A stretch of DNA of 52,935 bases. It comes from Gonapodya sp. JEL0774 (taxonomy: Eukaryota). Position 1 is the first letter of the stretch, and each line of letters opens with the position of its first letter. The notes below the pieces were generated by a model. The model did not search any database. It was not told where the DNA came from and saw only the letters and a list, made by a program, of their open reading frames with translations. The DNA lies in NCBI GenBank assembly GCA_027604505.1, contig JADIIX010000015.1:186001-238935 (forward strand), given 5' to 3'. A program made the translations under genes and the position numbers. Of the stretch, positions 17,220-28,985 are shown piece after piece.

Positions 17220-17970
17220 ATTCATCTGACTTGCCTGGCGGAAGACCTGAGTCCACGCTGACAGCCGGCTCCCACAGGCTTCAGAATCATGCCAGTACGG
17301 TAGTTCGCCAAAAAAAACTATGCAAAACTGAACATTTGAAACTACAATTATTGTCGTTACTCAACTCATCCGCTTCTAAATATACGTTCCCTCAAGTGCG
17401 CTACACGATCTCCTCGTGGTCTCCTGGAACACTTGGTAATCTCACGTGGCTTGGCGCCGTCAATTTCTTCCAGCGGCGCTCTATCTCTTTGCCGAGTTCA
17501 CCTTTGGGATCCTGTCGTTGTACAAACAGTCCGGCACACACAAAAAGGGCGGGGTCTCAATTGTCGTGTCGCACAGAGGGCCGAGATTTCACACCCTTCC
17601 TTCTCACGCACCATTACTCGATATCGTAAGTATATGAGGGCGATAGTAATGATTCCGCCGAAAATGCTGTTTGCAGGATCAAAATATGTCCAGGTCTTCA
17701 ATACAAACGCAGGTTCAAAATCTGATCGAATCATTGCAATACTTACAATCCAGCGATTTCGCCGCTCAACCCTTGCTTGTCCGCATCAGCAGGAGGCGAT
17801 TCATTAGCTTCTCTGTGAGCGTTATAAACCCGTGTCGTTGGCGGTTCACGGGACATCACATCTAACGCAGATAGAAGGCACACTCACGCAGCGACAAGGG
17901 CTTGGAGCAAGATGATGACGGCGGACACGAGAAATGCACTCATGGCTGGTGATTTTGCGGATCGGAACAT
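17220..17970 (-). CDS. Small hypothetical single-pass membrane protein with signal peptide, multi-exon
   Basis: Exons bounded by GT/AG read MFRSAKSPAMSAFLVSAVIILLQALVAA / ...SIFGGIITIALIYLRYRVM / DPKGELGKEIERRWKKL. The 3' end is uncertain. Confidence 0.45.
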
Positions 17971-18365
17971 GTAACGCAAATATATCGAGAGGGACAACGA
18001 GCACGTGCCGGGTGGCATGAGCCCAACCAGTGACAACCTTATATTAATTCCGAAGTCTAATTTGCAATGTCTGATTCCGGATCATGATACCCACACTCCC
18101 TGCGACTCCTTTCGTCATCATCCTCATAGCAATAAACGAATAGGGGGTATGAGTTTTCCATTATTGTCCACAAACGAAACTAATTTCAGAGCTAGGTTCA
18201 GCATCACTTTGCTCCACTGACTGCTCTTTGATGCAAGCATTCCCGCTTGCCAACAGCCGTTTGTAAAAGCTCAAGAAAGCTCGCAGACAGGTTCCCGCGA
18301 TCCGAAACATCCGTTAGGGCCTTTTTAATTCGCAATTTGTACCCAGTCGCCTAGACGGCGGCATG

Positions 18366-19426
18366 TCACCGCGCCTTCCCCTTCCCCTTGTCGTCCGGCT
18401 TCTCTTTTTCGGCATGGCCGCCACCGCCACCCGCTCCTGATGCTCCGTCATCCTCCAGTGCCTCGAAGGGCGGAATGTCAATTTCTTCCCATTTCGAAGT
18501 GTCGGCGAGCCAGTAGGTCACGAAAAGCTCCGAGTCGTCCTAAAAACGATGAGGATCGAAATAATGCCGGCGAGGTATGTTAGAGTGGGAGGGGAAACCG
18601 AAAACACATTAGATCGTGTTCGCTCGAGCCACTCTGAGATAATTCTTGTGCAAGGGTGTAAGAGACTACCATCTTCACGACTTTGTCACGCCAAGGAGCA
18701 AGGCTGTATCCACTTGCTCAACTGGACGTGCTTCAACATGCCATTTGCTGCAACATAACCTGAGGCATAATCCTGTATGCTTCCGCGATGGAGTCCGCAG
18801 ACAGCATAAGCTAGCACCAAAACAACCCAGTCGTTTTATCGAACATGAACTCGCGGACTTTGATTTCTATGGCTGGGTTCCATGGGTGACGTGCTCACCG
18901 TCCTTCTCGTCAGCAGTCCATCCAGATGCGCAAAACCGTCTACTGTTGGTTATGGTATAGTTTCCAGAGATGATTGATGCAAAACGAGATAATTGAAATA
19001 AGCATGTCCTGTGGAAGTGCGGAATCCTCCCACGATCCCGCATCCCATTATCAGAACCAACCCTCAGAAACCGGAGCTCACCTGAAACCCAACTTGCTCA
19101 AGGACAGCGCCATCTTCTAGTACCACATATTCCTTTGGAGCACCCTCCTTTGGCGGTGGCATTCCACTGGTTGTTGGGGCAACGACAGAAAGTTTCAATT
19201 CCTTTTCTGTTCGCCCGCCACCCACGACACGAGCCAGTTTGGCCTTCAATTGCGCGACGGTGTCGGTAGGAAGAGCGTCGACAAAATAAGTGGTACGATT
19301 GCGTTTGATCCGGAGATAAATGTGGGACTAGAGAGTGAACACCACATGCGAAAGGTAGCAAGGTGAAGTGAAACTGCGCCAATCGGACGCGTTTTAACAA
19401 CATTAAAGCCTGTAATGGCCCACCAT
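18366..19426 (-). CDS. ELOB: Elongin B-like ubiquitin-fold protein, 3 exons (19426-19424, 19327-19082, 18539-18366)
   Basis: M|SHIYLRIKRNRTTYFVDALPTDTVAQLKAKL...VLEDGAVLEQVGFQ|DDSELFVTYW...WEEIDIPPF resembles Elongin B ([26 protein letters not shown]...LLDDGKTLGECGF...FEALCIEPF). Confidence 0.72.
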
Positions 19427-19943
19427 TGTATGGCGTGTGATTCTGTTTGTGTTGAATCGAGTGGCCTCCACGCATCTCTGCGGTCTGTTTCGGCACCAAG
19501 CTTGTTCTTTGAGGGTTATCTCTCACCTAACATCGTCCCACTTACACGCGCTGTTGAAATAAATATTTTGAGTGGGTAGGAAAGGATTAATTGTTCTATT
19601 CGCATAATACCGCAAATTGGAGAAAAGTTCATTGGCAGTGATACGTGCGATGGAGACAAACATGAGTCGGCGAAAATTTCATTGAATACCGGCGGCTGTT
19701 CCCTTATGGCAGTGCTCTATGAACGCTATATAAACGTGGGGAGGGGTGGGAAGAATAAGGTGACGGTGGAAGGGCTGTGATCGGACAGAAGGGGACACAG
19801 TAACAATAGGAAGCCTCCTGCCGAACCAACACCCCGATTGTTCAGATAACTTCGATCAAAATTCCGACAAGCACAATTTGCTCGATTCAGTGTGGCTGGC
19901 CCACTCCACGCCAGACTTCGCGGAAGCTGGTCGCCATTCAGAC

Positions 19944-22900
19944 ATGCTCGGTCGCACTCGTTCCTTCCACAACTTAACTTCTGATGCACTCTCAAGACAG
20001 CCACCAAAGGAGACCATCACTCCTATGATGGTCATGGGGGGAGGTGGTGAGACCAGTTCACCCTCTCAAGAATCCTGGTCGACTCTCTCGGTGGGTTTTG
20101 CCTGTATGAGGGCGCCTTGACGTGCAGAAATCTTAATTCCAATCGATGTTTTCTCCATCAAACTTTCTGGCCTCATCTTTTTTAAGACTGACTTGAGTAG
20201 CCACGTGGATGATGATCGCTTGTCGTCGTTTCAGCCACCTCCTCCTTCAAACCACCCTGCTGCTAAACCCCCCCTCTACCCCGTCCGGACCTCTGTACAA
20301 AATCCAACTTATCAAACATCTTCGAGTGCAATTGGCCCTCTTGAAACTGCCCATGTATCAGGGATTCCCGTCCAAGCCCTGTACAGTCCACCACCTCCTC
20401 TTACTGGTTCTTCCCCATCCACAATTTCGGGCCACCCCTCCAATTCTAGCTCATCTCAGTCAGCTCATACGGGGAGTGAAGTTGACAGTAGCTCTCCCTC
20501 ATTACTGCACAATAGTGACACCTCTCCAGATACTTTCTTTCCTGACGAAATCGGGGCTTCTGATAGTGTGATAGCTGGAAAGGAGCGCTCGAATCGGGAC
20601 ATATCTACAAATCGGCCGCGAGTCCGGTTTCGTAGCCCATTGCAGTCTCCGCAGCAGTCGGACTCCGGTTCTCTTGAAGGATCAGTATCACCGGAGGATT
20701 CCGATTTCGTGGACGAATACGAACTGGACGACGATGAGGAGTGGGAGGTGGAAGGAGACAATGCTCAGACTGATAAGATTTCGCAAACCGGTACTACCAA
20801 CGACGGTGAAACGACCAGTGACTCGGATACCACTAACACCAGTTCCTCATCTGACTCGGACATACACATGTTTCTGGGAAGCTTGGGGGCGCCTTATGAG
20901 CGTTCTGTACAAATACCCTCTTCGACAGGTTTATCCCAATCCCAACTGGACCTCGCTATTGCCCGGGCGACCCGAACAAACACGATTGCCAATCGCTTCG
21001 TCCCCCCTCCTGTTGTGCCCCCTACCAGATCGATGCCGACCCAACTCCCAGGGAGTCTCGTTCCCAGACCTCCTCATGCTCGCTCAGTCACGGTGGTGGA
21101 AGGTTTAAGTGGCGTCTCTGTGAACGAATCTATGTCGGGAGAGGTCGCGTTGATTGAAGGCAGATCAAGGAGGGAACTAAGCACCATCAGACCAAACCAC
21201 CACCAACGGTCTTCTTCCCAACCAATTGGCGTCGCTGCTGCATCGCGACACCAAACCTCTCTGATGCCAGCGCGCTCTGTCCGTCCGGTTTTCATGTCTC
21301 CGGAGTCCCGGCCTCTCTCGCTCGATTCATCAGAGGTCGTGTGGAATCGATTTCCCGTCCCGTTTGTCCCACCATCGCCTGTTCCAACCCCCAATTCGCA
21401 ACTGGAATCAAGCACCATCGTCGAGCCCGACGGCTTCGACGGACGATCGTCTGTACACAGCAGGCTATTGGCACTCAACAATCCTTCTTCTTCACGTCTG
21501 CTTCAAAGTCCCGGTAACCCAGAGTCGCCCACGCCCCAACCCCTCCCAAGACGTTCGCGCGCACTGCCGCCTATTCCAGCCTCTCAACTGACACCGACTG
21601 GTTCGGTACCCCCAGGCGCGACTCTCCCCCGCACCCTTCCTACACCTGCACCCCCTCGGAACAAGCTCGCCTTTCCGAACGTGGTTGCAACACCCACTTC
21701 TGCGATACCCGAAAACGTTGCGTCCTCCTCACAGTCGGAGGACAAATCCACAACTCCAACGTGGCAATTTACTCCGAGCTCGGCGTGGGAAGAGAGTCCG
21801 GAACCCTTTGAGAGGCGCAAGGTGAACACGTCTGCCAGGAGATCACCCTCTGAGGGATCTTCTATCGTGGTTTCAAACGATGCGGAAATTGGAAGTAATG
21901 GTAGTCGTGACAATAAAGGAGGTCAAAATGTGAGTTGCGAGTTCCGAATTCCATGAGTGAAGCTTTAAATGGTGTATTTTGTCAGCCGCATTTTATCACA
22001 AAGTCTTCCGGACATCCGGATATCTATCCGTTGAGCTTGGAAGCATCTACTGCTCAGAGGGAGGTGGAGCTCCCAACTGAAGGAGAAGATGACATTCCAG
22101 AGAAGAACGAATCAAATGCTGAGTCCCATCAAGTACCCATCAAGTCTACCACAATGGACGGCGGAACCAGCGTTGTGGAGCAAAATTTTGGGGATTTTAT
22201 GTCGTCGCAACCGAAAGTTGGAAACTCCGGTGGGATCCAGGTTTCCGCGTCAGTTTCAACCACTCGACTTGGTGCTCGAACCTACACTTCGCCTTCTGTG
22301 GGGCCGTCCGACCAACTAATTAACGTGAGGGCCACGGACCTCCTCATGCGCCCTTCAAAGAACCCTGGCATGGTGACAGAAGTCGAAAAGGTACTGGCAG
22401 ACTTTTCAATGCCATACCCAAAACGAAAATCTCCGGTACTTGATGATCTTACTCGCGTGGTGCGGTCAGCGCCGAGAGGCGCTCCACCTTTTACTTTGAC
22501 TTCCTCGCGCGTGTCGGAGAATGCTTCAACACATCAACAATTCAAGGGGCAGGAGACGAGTCTGGCGCCACGCTCATTCCCGGTGTCAAGGGATGGTGCT
22601 GGTGAGCAAGCCGCTAGAAGGATCATAGGGAGTACAAAGTTTCCATTATCGAGCAGGCTACCTTTGCCATTGGAAGAAGCGGCCCTCGCTCAGCTACCTG
22701 TGCGGTCCCGGACGGATCCTGTCATAGTGGCTGATATTCCCCGATTTGGAACGGCTCTGAGAGCACCAGATGTTTCCGCCGCTCTTCCTTTGAAGCCAAC
22801 CTCGGCTCTGTCAAGGAGTGATACAGGAGGATATCAATCTTCTGGAGTTGTTTTGATGCAAGGTGTAGCAACTGACCTGACGGGACGAGACGAATCTGTA

Positions 22901-25263
22901 ACGTCCTCATCCTCAGTTGGGGACTTAGTGACGGATAGTTTTCGGAGTGGCACCGAATCGGCTTTGGAATCCATGGCAACTAGGGAGGAGTCGACAGTTC
23001 CCGATACCGACTCTACCACCGTGACGTCCCATTCAGAAGCTTCTGACTCCGAAGCTTCCACGTCTTACTCCGGAGCTGATTCTGACCTTATATCGGAGGG
23101 TTCATTGCACAGAAACTTTACAGGCGATACGTCTGATAAAAGTGAGGAGAGATTTGGCGGATCCCAAGCATCAACAAGCCCCACGTTCTCCACGAGAGCT
23201 CGGATCGGCGTGGCCAGTCGTATGCATTCACCTTACAGATTGGGTGGTGGCGAACATGAGTTTAGAATCAGTCCACCGAACTCAATGCCGTCGATAGACC
23301 AGCCCATGAGCGCGGCAAGTGGGCGTTCAGGAAGTTCGAGAGCCGCACCTGATCTTGAAAAGTCGAAAACTGGCAATCCTACGGAAGACCATAGGTCCAC
23401 GGAAACGTCGCTATACGATCGCTACGAGAGGGCCATTGGGTGGGCGGTCGTATTTGCGTCGTTCCTCGCTTGCGCTGTAAGTACCTGAATTAAGCTCCGG
23501 ATGCGACTGGTTTGCTGACAGTAACGCTCAATAGTGCACTTCATCGGGAGTCCTAACATGGTCAATTCAAGTGCGGTTTTTGGTTGCTGAGGGCTTCATC
23601 CCCAATCTTTCAAATTGGCTTCTCTTCCTACCTGGAAGCATTGGACTGGGTTTGCTGTTCGCACTCGCGACAGTGGCTGATAAGTGTGCGGAGAACCTGG
23701 GCTTCCGTTTGTGCACATTGTTCGGCGGGTACGTTGGCATTACGTATCAACTGACGGAGAACAGATACTCATAGTCTCCTCATGCCCGCCGTGGCAATGC
23801 AGGTTTATGATGGGGGGTAGTCTCCTCCTCTCTACCATCGCATCACAATATTGGCACTTTCTTTTGACACAGGGAGTCATGTTTGGGGTGAGCATGTGCT
23901 TCTAATATCAAGAGCCGTGGGACAAGATTGACACTTTTATTCCACAGATTGGAGGCTCGTTCGGCCTGTTTCCTTCTGTGTCCCTGATTTCCCAATGGTT
24001 CCATCCCCGTCGACGCATTCTCGCTCATAATATTGCAATGAGTGGTCAGTTGCTTATGGTGTCGTGCTGAACCTCCATAAATGTAACCCAAGCATTTAGG
24101 TTTCTCTGTCGGTCCAATGGTGGCGTCGCCTGCGTTACACTTCTTTCATGACTGGTTTGGAACACAGTGGACCATTCGGGGACTTGGGATCGTGATTGGA
24201 GCTTGTGAATAGTCAATCGCAATGTGTCTTTCTTCTTGTTGTCGATCGTTTTTCTGCGCCTCCCAATTAGTGATGCTCGTCGCTGCATTCCCACTGCAGA
24301 GGCGGAAGCCTGCGCGACGCGAACGAACGTTCAACGATGTTGCTCTATTTGGGAACCGCAATTTTTTGCCACTTTGGCTTGGGGCTTTTGTGACCGCTTT
24401 TGTAAGGTTTCTCGGACACGCAGCGTTTTGGTTGAGATTTGTTCTTATCGTCCTACCTCTACTTCAAGGGTTACTTTGTGCCTTGGTTTCTCGTGCCATT
24501 ATTTTGCACCTCGATTGGCCTCAGTCCGGTTCAGTCCAGCGTGATACTTGGTGCGATGAATGGTGCAGGAGTAATAGGACGACTCATTCTCTCTGGTTTC
24601 GCTATCGGGACGGATGGTCGAACGGCATTGATGGGCAGCTTGGTTGTCAGTGGTGCGGCAACTCTTGCATTTTGGGTAGGTGCCACTTGAAACTCACGGA
24701 AGAATGTCTTATGCTTTATCTTCCGAACATTTGACCCAGCCGAATGCGAGAAATTTTGTTCTTTTAATGAGCTTTGCTTCTGTGTACGGTGCTATGATTG
24801 TTGGATACCATGCATTGCTCCCGCAAATAGCCACCGAATTATATGCGGCAGACTCTGTGCATATTGTTATCGGCATGCGTGAGTTCGGTGTTTTGGTGAT
24901 TACGCTGCAGAAAAGTCCCAGTCACGTTTTCAACCGGCAAATGGCTCAGTTTCGGCGGCAGGTTCTTTGGGCGCTTTCGCGGGCCCTCTCAGTACGTAGA
25001 TCACATGTAACCCAATCCGCTCTGTCCTAAGATCGTATATTCCTCTTGACACAGTTGCCGGCTACCTGGTCGACGCCAGCACACTCAACGGCGCCGCAAA
25101 CTTGTGAGTGGACAGCATTGATAATGACCTTTTTTGAAGGGCGTCTCGGCTCAGTGAGCTTTCCTCGCCCCTCAAAAGTTTTCCTGCCCAAATCCTTGTT
25201 GGTGCAACTTCTCTCTTCGGTTGTGTAGCAGTCCTATCGACTCGCATTTGGTCGGCGCGATAA
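19944..25263 (+). CDS. MFS transporter (monocarboxylate/SLC16-MCH-like) with very long low-complexity N-terminal extension
   Basis: Long S/P/D-rich ORFs 20193-21956 and 21935-23488. The second runs in frame into TM1 GWAVVFASFLACA, and MFS exons follow (GAMNGAGVIGRL, YGAMIVGYHALLPQ) to TAA 25263. The start codon is tentative. Confidence 0.72.
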
Positions 25264-25646
25264 TGGTCTAGAATTGCAATTCATTATAAATTATTGTGTA
25301 TTATGCACTAAAGCTATTTGGGAACTATTACATGTAATGTATGTGATCACGTGCCAATTTACACATTGAATAATCCAGTCATGAGTAGGATCTACTTTAT
25401 TATAATAATTAGTAAGTTTGAAACACGCTCTGCGTTCGTAGAAGGAAAACTACTATATATACAAAAGTGAGCAGAATCCTTTTGTCATGGGATGGCCGGT
25501 ACATAGTAAAGCCGAGACTCCCCTCCCAACACCGACCAGGGATATGTGTCGTTTCTTATAACTCGAGAACTGGCACAAGCACCCGCAAAGGACAAAGATC
25601 CAAATTACCAAAAGCACACGCGATTTGAGAGGGACTCCAAACGACG

Positions 25647-27775
25647 ATGTCGGATCCCATCGAAGGGGGAAGCTGCCATCAAACCCCCAGACAAGAAGCG
25701 GAAATTGTGCTGGGAATCAATCAAAAGGACAATTTCTCAGTAGAGCCGGCTTTCAATCCCCTTGATGAACCGCCAGACGGAGGATATGGTTGGGTTGTCG
25801 TATTCTGTGGGTTTATGACATGCTGTGTGAGTCTTTCAAATGTAGTTGGTGGACGCTGGCCCTTGGTCACACGCTTACTCGACGCCTGAAGTGCATTTTC
25901 GCAGTTTTCTACACATATGGGGTGCATCTTCGAAATTTCATCGCGAATGATACCTTTTCTGGTGCGAGCACATGGATCATATCGTTCCCCGGCAGCATTG
26001 GGCAAGCGTGCTTATTTGCGTTCGCTTTCGCTGCTGGGAGTGCAGCAGAGCAATGGGGGTTTGGACAAGCAGTTGCATTCGGGGGGTGAGTTCTCGAGCC
26101 AACCTAGCCCCGCCCACATACACACGCACTGAGAACGTGCCGCAATACTTATGCTACTCCCCAATATAGCGTTATGATTGGAAGTGGTTTGGTGCTGGCA
26201 TCGCTGGCCACCGCACCGTGGCAATTATGCATCACACACGGAATTATGTACGGAATCGGAGCGTCCTTTGGTTGAGTTTCTGTTGGATGAGGCGGGTGTG
26301 ACTTCACTCTTCTCACGACTTCGCTTCAGGAAATTTTTCAGTTGTCGCAGTTGTGGCGCAATGGTTCAAGGTATGTTCCTCAAAGTCAAGGACCTGTGCC
26401 TATACTGTGAATCAATCAAATTATTATCGAATGTCTAGAAACGACGAGGTTTTGCTCTTGGTATTACAGTCAGCGGTGCGTCGACAATGGTTGCACCTCA
26501 CCGTCATACTCTGAAGTATCCAAAGTTTGCTCCCGCAGGTGCAGGAGTGGGATCTCTGATAGCATCCCCAGCAATCCAACTTATGATCGACAAGTTCGGT
26601 TGGAGATGGGCCATGCGAATCACAGGAATTGCAGCAATGCTCGGTTCGTCCTTCCTTTCCATTTTACTCTTCCGATGTGGACCTTTGACGTTGGGTCGAT
26701 CCCAGTGATGTTGCTCTCAGCTGTTTTCTTACGCAGACGTCTGCCACCCCGTCCCAAACGTGGCTTTTCAGACTTCAAATTTTTTCGAAATCAAACGTTT
26801 ATCTTGCTTTGGCTCGGGACAGTCGTCATGTTCTTCGTGAGTTTGTGAGAATTACCATTTTGCGAATAGTTAGTAATACGTCGTCCGAAGGGGTACTTCT
26901 CTCCTTGGTTTTTCCTTCCAGGAAACGCAACTAGGTAATTCTCACACTTCTCCAGTGATTAGGATCCTATCAAATCATCCTCGTTTGTTTCCAAGTATTG
27001 GCCTTTCGCCATCCGATGCTTCACTTATTGTTGCCATTACCAATGGGTCCAGTGGCATTGGAAGGATTGCACTGGGCCTCCTAAGTGATCGAATTGGTAG
27101 CGTGAACACTCTGCTACTCAGCTTGACAACAGGTGCGATTGTTTCGTTCGTGGTTTGGGTGCGTAATGCAATGCGTGAACGGGCGGTTCCAGATGAAATC
27201 TCACCTTCAGTTTGCTTAACCACTGCCCGAACTTGTTAGCCTCTTGCAAAAAGCTTTGGACTGCTTGCTCTGTTCGGCATCATCTACGGGTGAGTGGAGT
27301 GATTCGATTCCTTGGAGCTCTCCATCACACCAAAATGGATAAAACCTGGAGGTTCGCGGTCGCTGGGTATCCTTCGATCATGCCTCTATGCGTTGCGGAC
27401 TTGTTCGGACTTGAAGTGATGCCGGTTGTTAATGGAATGAGTGAGTGAATGTGTTGTTGTTGCCACCTCAAGCGAAGAGTTCATCTGCTTTCAGTGTTTT
27501 TTGGTTGCACGCTCGGAGCAATGGTTGGTCCACCCATCGCTGGGGCAATATTGGACGCAAGCTCCAGCACTTTGGCGGATGGAACTCAAGTTTCGAACTA
27601 GTGTGTGTCCTGGGTGTCAAATTTGAATTGTCTCTCACTCTCGACGTGACTCCGTCCTTTTGACATCAGTCTTCCGACAATTATGTTCATCGGCATTACT
27701 GTACTTTCGGGCTGTGCTCTCATGTTTGTCGCGCGCTCCTTGCGCACCAAGTGGGCGGTTGTTGTGCGAGTTTGA
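25647..27775 (+). CDS. MFS monocarboxylate-type transporter (SLC16/MCH family), multi-exon
   Basis: Canonical PPDGGYGWVVVFCGF, QWFK|KRRGFALGI, FGWRWAMRI, GRIALGLLSDRIG and GAMVGPPIAG. Stop TGA at 27775. Confidence 0.9.
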
Positions 27776-28041
27776 AATTGTATGAGAATTATATTGCCAA
27801 AGACGCACCAGCGCGAGGAACAATATCCATTGTTTATGTAACACCATGGTAATTATTGATTTCAATGTAAATAGTCAGTAGACGAGAATGGATATACTTG
27901 CTTTCACTACAGATTTGGACTTGCCAAGAGAAATTGTAAAATATCTGAGGTGAAAAATTGGTCAATGACACGAACGACTGACAGAACGATGGTCTGAACA
28001 TCAAAAACGTTTGTGGCCAGTCCCGCGCAACCCATTCAACA

Positions 28042-28150
28042 AATGTCAGACATCCAAGGAAGATTTAACCATCAGTAGCAAGCTCAGACCGAGCTCGCTT
28101 ATGGTGGAAACTGCGAAGTTTTGGGAATGACCCCGGTATCATCATTCCTA
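28042..28150 (-). ncRNA. U14: U14 (snR128/SNORD14) box C/D snoRNA
   Basis: Box C ATGATGA (28145-28139), domain A TTCGCAGTTTCCAC, and domain B plus box D TCTTCCTTGGATGTCTGA (box D 28049-28046). These are the hallmark U14 elements. Confidence 0.93.
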
Positions 28151-28307
28151 TGAACAGAATGCGGCTCCCCAGGATGTAGAAATCCGTGACAAAGAACATA
28201 ACAACCAAGTAGATACTCACCAGAGTCAACACAGCAGATCACAGGAAGTCGGTGGGACCGGTCGGAGTGAGTACGAGCTGTGACATCCGGTGAGGAGAAA
28301 GGACAGA

Positions 28308-28478
28308 AAGGTCAGCTCTGGCGAATATGAGACGAGACTCGTCATGTGATAGTAATTGGTGTGTATCCCGCAAGCCCCTTCATTCGAGTATCAGGATCAG
28401 ACACGTAACTGGCAGTTAACAACTTTCGGGTATCATCAGAGTCGATAAGTTGGGGAAAGAATTAAGGTCATCAAATCC
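28308..28478 (-). ncRNA. snR190-like box C/D snoRNA
   Basis: Box C TTGATGA (28474-28468), then TTCTTTCCCC complementary to conserved LSU rRNA GGGGAAAGAA, then TCGAC and C' CTGATGA, with terminal box D CTGA (28315-28312). It lies directly upstream of U14, as snR190 does in yeast. Confidence 0.68.
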
Positions 28479-28985
28479 CGTTCTCGTTCGATGGATTGGC
28501 TTCCTCGAGGGCAGAAGGGCAATCTGCAAAGCCTGAAGGACTGATGGTCCGAGGTACTCACAAATTGAGACAGTTGGGAACAGCAACGGGTGGAGATGGA
28601 GGGTTTGGTTTAGAAGAGAGAAAATTGGGTTTTTATAGCAGACAGCACGGATCATGTGCCACCTAATTTTGTTCTCCTCCAACACCAGCCTGTCTCTCAG
28701 GAGGCCGGTGAAACTCAAAACTCAAGGCCCCGTATGGTAGAGGTGTACACGCATCTGCTGCACTACATGTTTTCCTGTAACTCGATGTGCGAACATTATG
28801 TAATGAAGTCACGCCCTCTCATTTGATTTGAATGGATGTTTATCCTGGTTTTGTGTGTTCTTGATGGTGCGTATGATTATTGTGAAATGGCATGTGTTTC
28901 TGCTTCAGTTGGCGGTCTCTCTCAGTCCAATTGTTGCCGCAGTTTTCCCAGAATGCAATTACAATATTTTCAGTTTTGAATCCTG

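Larger units (their letters stand above)
27994..28561 (-). ncRNA. Spliced non-coding snoRNA host transcript (intron 28561-28278, 57-nt exon 28277-28221, intron 28220-~27994)
   Basis: Two GTGAGT donors with CAG acceptors, each intron enclosing one C/D snoRNA. No credible protein ORF. Transcript ends are not defined. Confidence 0.7.

Noticed and set aside
18899..18939. TGC-TGA (Cys-Sec-like) codon pair in the Elongin B intron
   Set aside because: No selenoprotein homology, the segment is frameshifting, and no SECIS was recognised.
27367..27374. GTATCCTT U12-type donor motif
   Set aside because: It lies within a coding exon (AGYPSIMP) of the MFS gene, with no matching U12 branch site.
28416..28718. 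100-aa minus-strand ORF
   Set aside because: It has no ATG start or homology cues, and it crosses the splice donor into the snoRNA-containing intron.
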